NCBI RefSeq assembly: GCF_037042905.1
Contig: NC_087245.1
Location: forward strand, 124,001-188,000
From: Lytechinus pictus
Taxonomy: Eukaryota
Reading direction: 5' to 3'
DNA length: 64,000 nt
Numbering within the stretch: the stretch's first letter is position 1; every line of letters starts with the position of its first letter. Below are positions 62,872 through 64,000 of this stretch, piece after piece. Below the pieces are notes generated by a model, which worked only from the letters and a program-made list of their open reading frames with translations, had not been told where the DNA came from and ran no database searches. The translations under genes were made by a program, and so were the position numbers.

Positions 62872-63462
62872 CTAGAGAGAGAGAGTGAACAAGTGCAAGA
62901 GATAACTGAGCTGTAAGATAAGAGAGTCGTAGAACGAGAGAATTGAGTAAGAGTCTTGAGAGAGCTGTAGTGGGAGTGGTTAGAGTGTGAGAGTCGCAGA
63001 GAGAGGAAAGTTGATAGAGAGATCAGTTAGGGGAGTGGTGAAGAGAGAGTTACGTAAGAGAGAAGATAATGGAAAGCTGAAGAACTTGGATTTGGAATCA
63101 GAATACGCACATTAATTAATTCCATTTTATACCCTAATATTACAGGTGGATTAATTTGGCGCATTGCAACAAAGGTGATAGGACTGATTTGGGGAAGGGA
63201 TTCTCGCCATGTGGTGTTTGAGCCAAGAAGGATATAAAGGGCGTGTGCTCAGTCGGGCGGTGTAGTTCTTTTCGATCACAATTTGTTTCGCTGCTGTAGG
63301 CCATGTCGGTTTAGTTATACTCCATTGTCGGTCGTCTAGTCCAGAGATGCAACATTATTATACTATATCAGCTTATTGATTTGACAGTGATTTGACAAAA
63401 ACATTTTACTTTACTTCATCTCTTCATTTGAACTTGTCATTTCTTGACTCCGATTTTCTTTG
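62872..63462 (+). repeat. Dispersed repeat, copy 2 (possibly LTR-derived), empty at the MITE site
   Basis: Colinear with 55878-56148 plus 56755-57110. Confidence 0.7.
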
Positions 63463-63632
63463 TACGTGGGCAGCGCAAGACGGTGAGTGGCCACCGGCCA
63501 TCTTGCAAAGCTCTGCCGCTGCATGTGTTATTGTGCTTCAGCTTGAAATGGCACTGACGGTTTCATAAAAGGGCAAAGCATTGGACCACTGTCGGTGATG
63601 GGGGAAAACGTGAGGGCAGCATAACAACTAGT

Positions 63633-64000
63633 CCCGGGGGGGGGGGGGGGGGGAGTCAAATGTATTGCTGTACACATGCGTGGCCAAATTATTTCCAAAC
63701 ACTCCCTAAACAAGTTTTTAGCGGGCTTTATATACACATTTTTGCCCCTAAACAAGTTGTCGTCAGAATATGACCCTGGGGAAAACCTTGGGTAAAAAAA
63801 CATACCCTAAACACGTTTGGCTTGTCTTTAAAAAAAAAGCTTTGGGAAAAAAAACATACCCTAAATACGTTTGACCCTGCGATTGACCATTGACCAATCT
63901 TTTAAAACTACCCCTTTTTTTAATCTGTGTTTTTGATACCTTTTAACGAGTGAACGTGCGGCCCGCCTTCAAAACTGAAAAAACACCCCTTTAAACGCAT
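63633..64000. mobile_element. Left part of another CCCGGG(G)n-type MITE, cut by the window edge
   Basis: CCCG(G)n start and repeated (T)ACCCTAAA(C/T)A motifs whose reverse complement TGTTTAGGG recurs in 57146-57717. Confidence 0.6.

Noticed and set aside
55878..63462. A full LTR retrotransposon bounded by the two direct repeats
   Set aside because: No gag/pol between them, no clear TG...CA ends or TSD, and the interior contains a host exon

Overview
AT-rich, repeat-dense eukaryotic DNA from an invertebrate animal. The SINE, MITE and LINE repertoire resembles a sea urchin or other echinoderm (inference). No prokaryotic operons, CRISPR arrays or rRNA are present. The only host gene I can support is two phase-compatible coding exons (21838-21991 and 58010-58193, + strand) of a neurotransmitter:sodium symporter (NSS/SLC6-like) transporter, separated by a ~36 kb intron; its other exons were not identified. 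Almost everything else is nested transposon material: one apparently intact pogo-superfamily (DD35D) element with perfect TIRs and a TA TSD, a decayed Sola2-like transposase, an internally deleted CR1/L2-group LINE, three tRNA-derived SINEs, Helentron-type non-autonomous elements (one carrying an A-box/B-box/poly-T cassette), many hAT-, Harbinger-, Tc1- and TTAA-type MITEs with readable TSDs, minisatellite foldbacks, a 469-bp tandem duplication and a large inverted duplication. I do not see convincing evidence for a new multi-gene system. The best leads are the intact pogo element, the prokaryote-like transporter, the Pol III cassette in a Helentron element and a 24-bp palindromic insertion with a 7-bp TSD. 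Family names come from recalled motifs and terminal/TSD rules, not from database searches.
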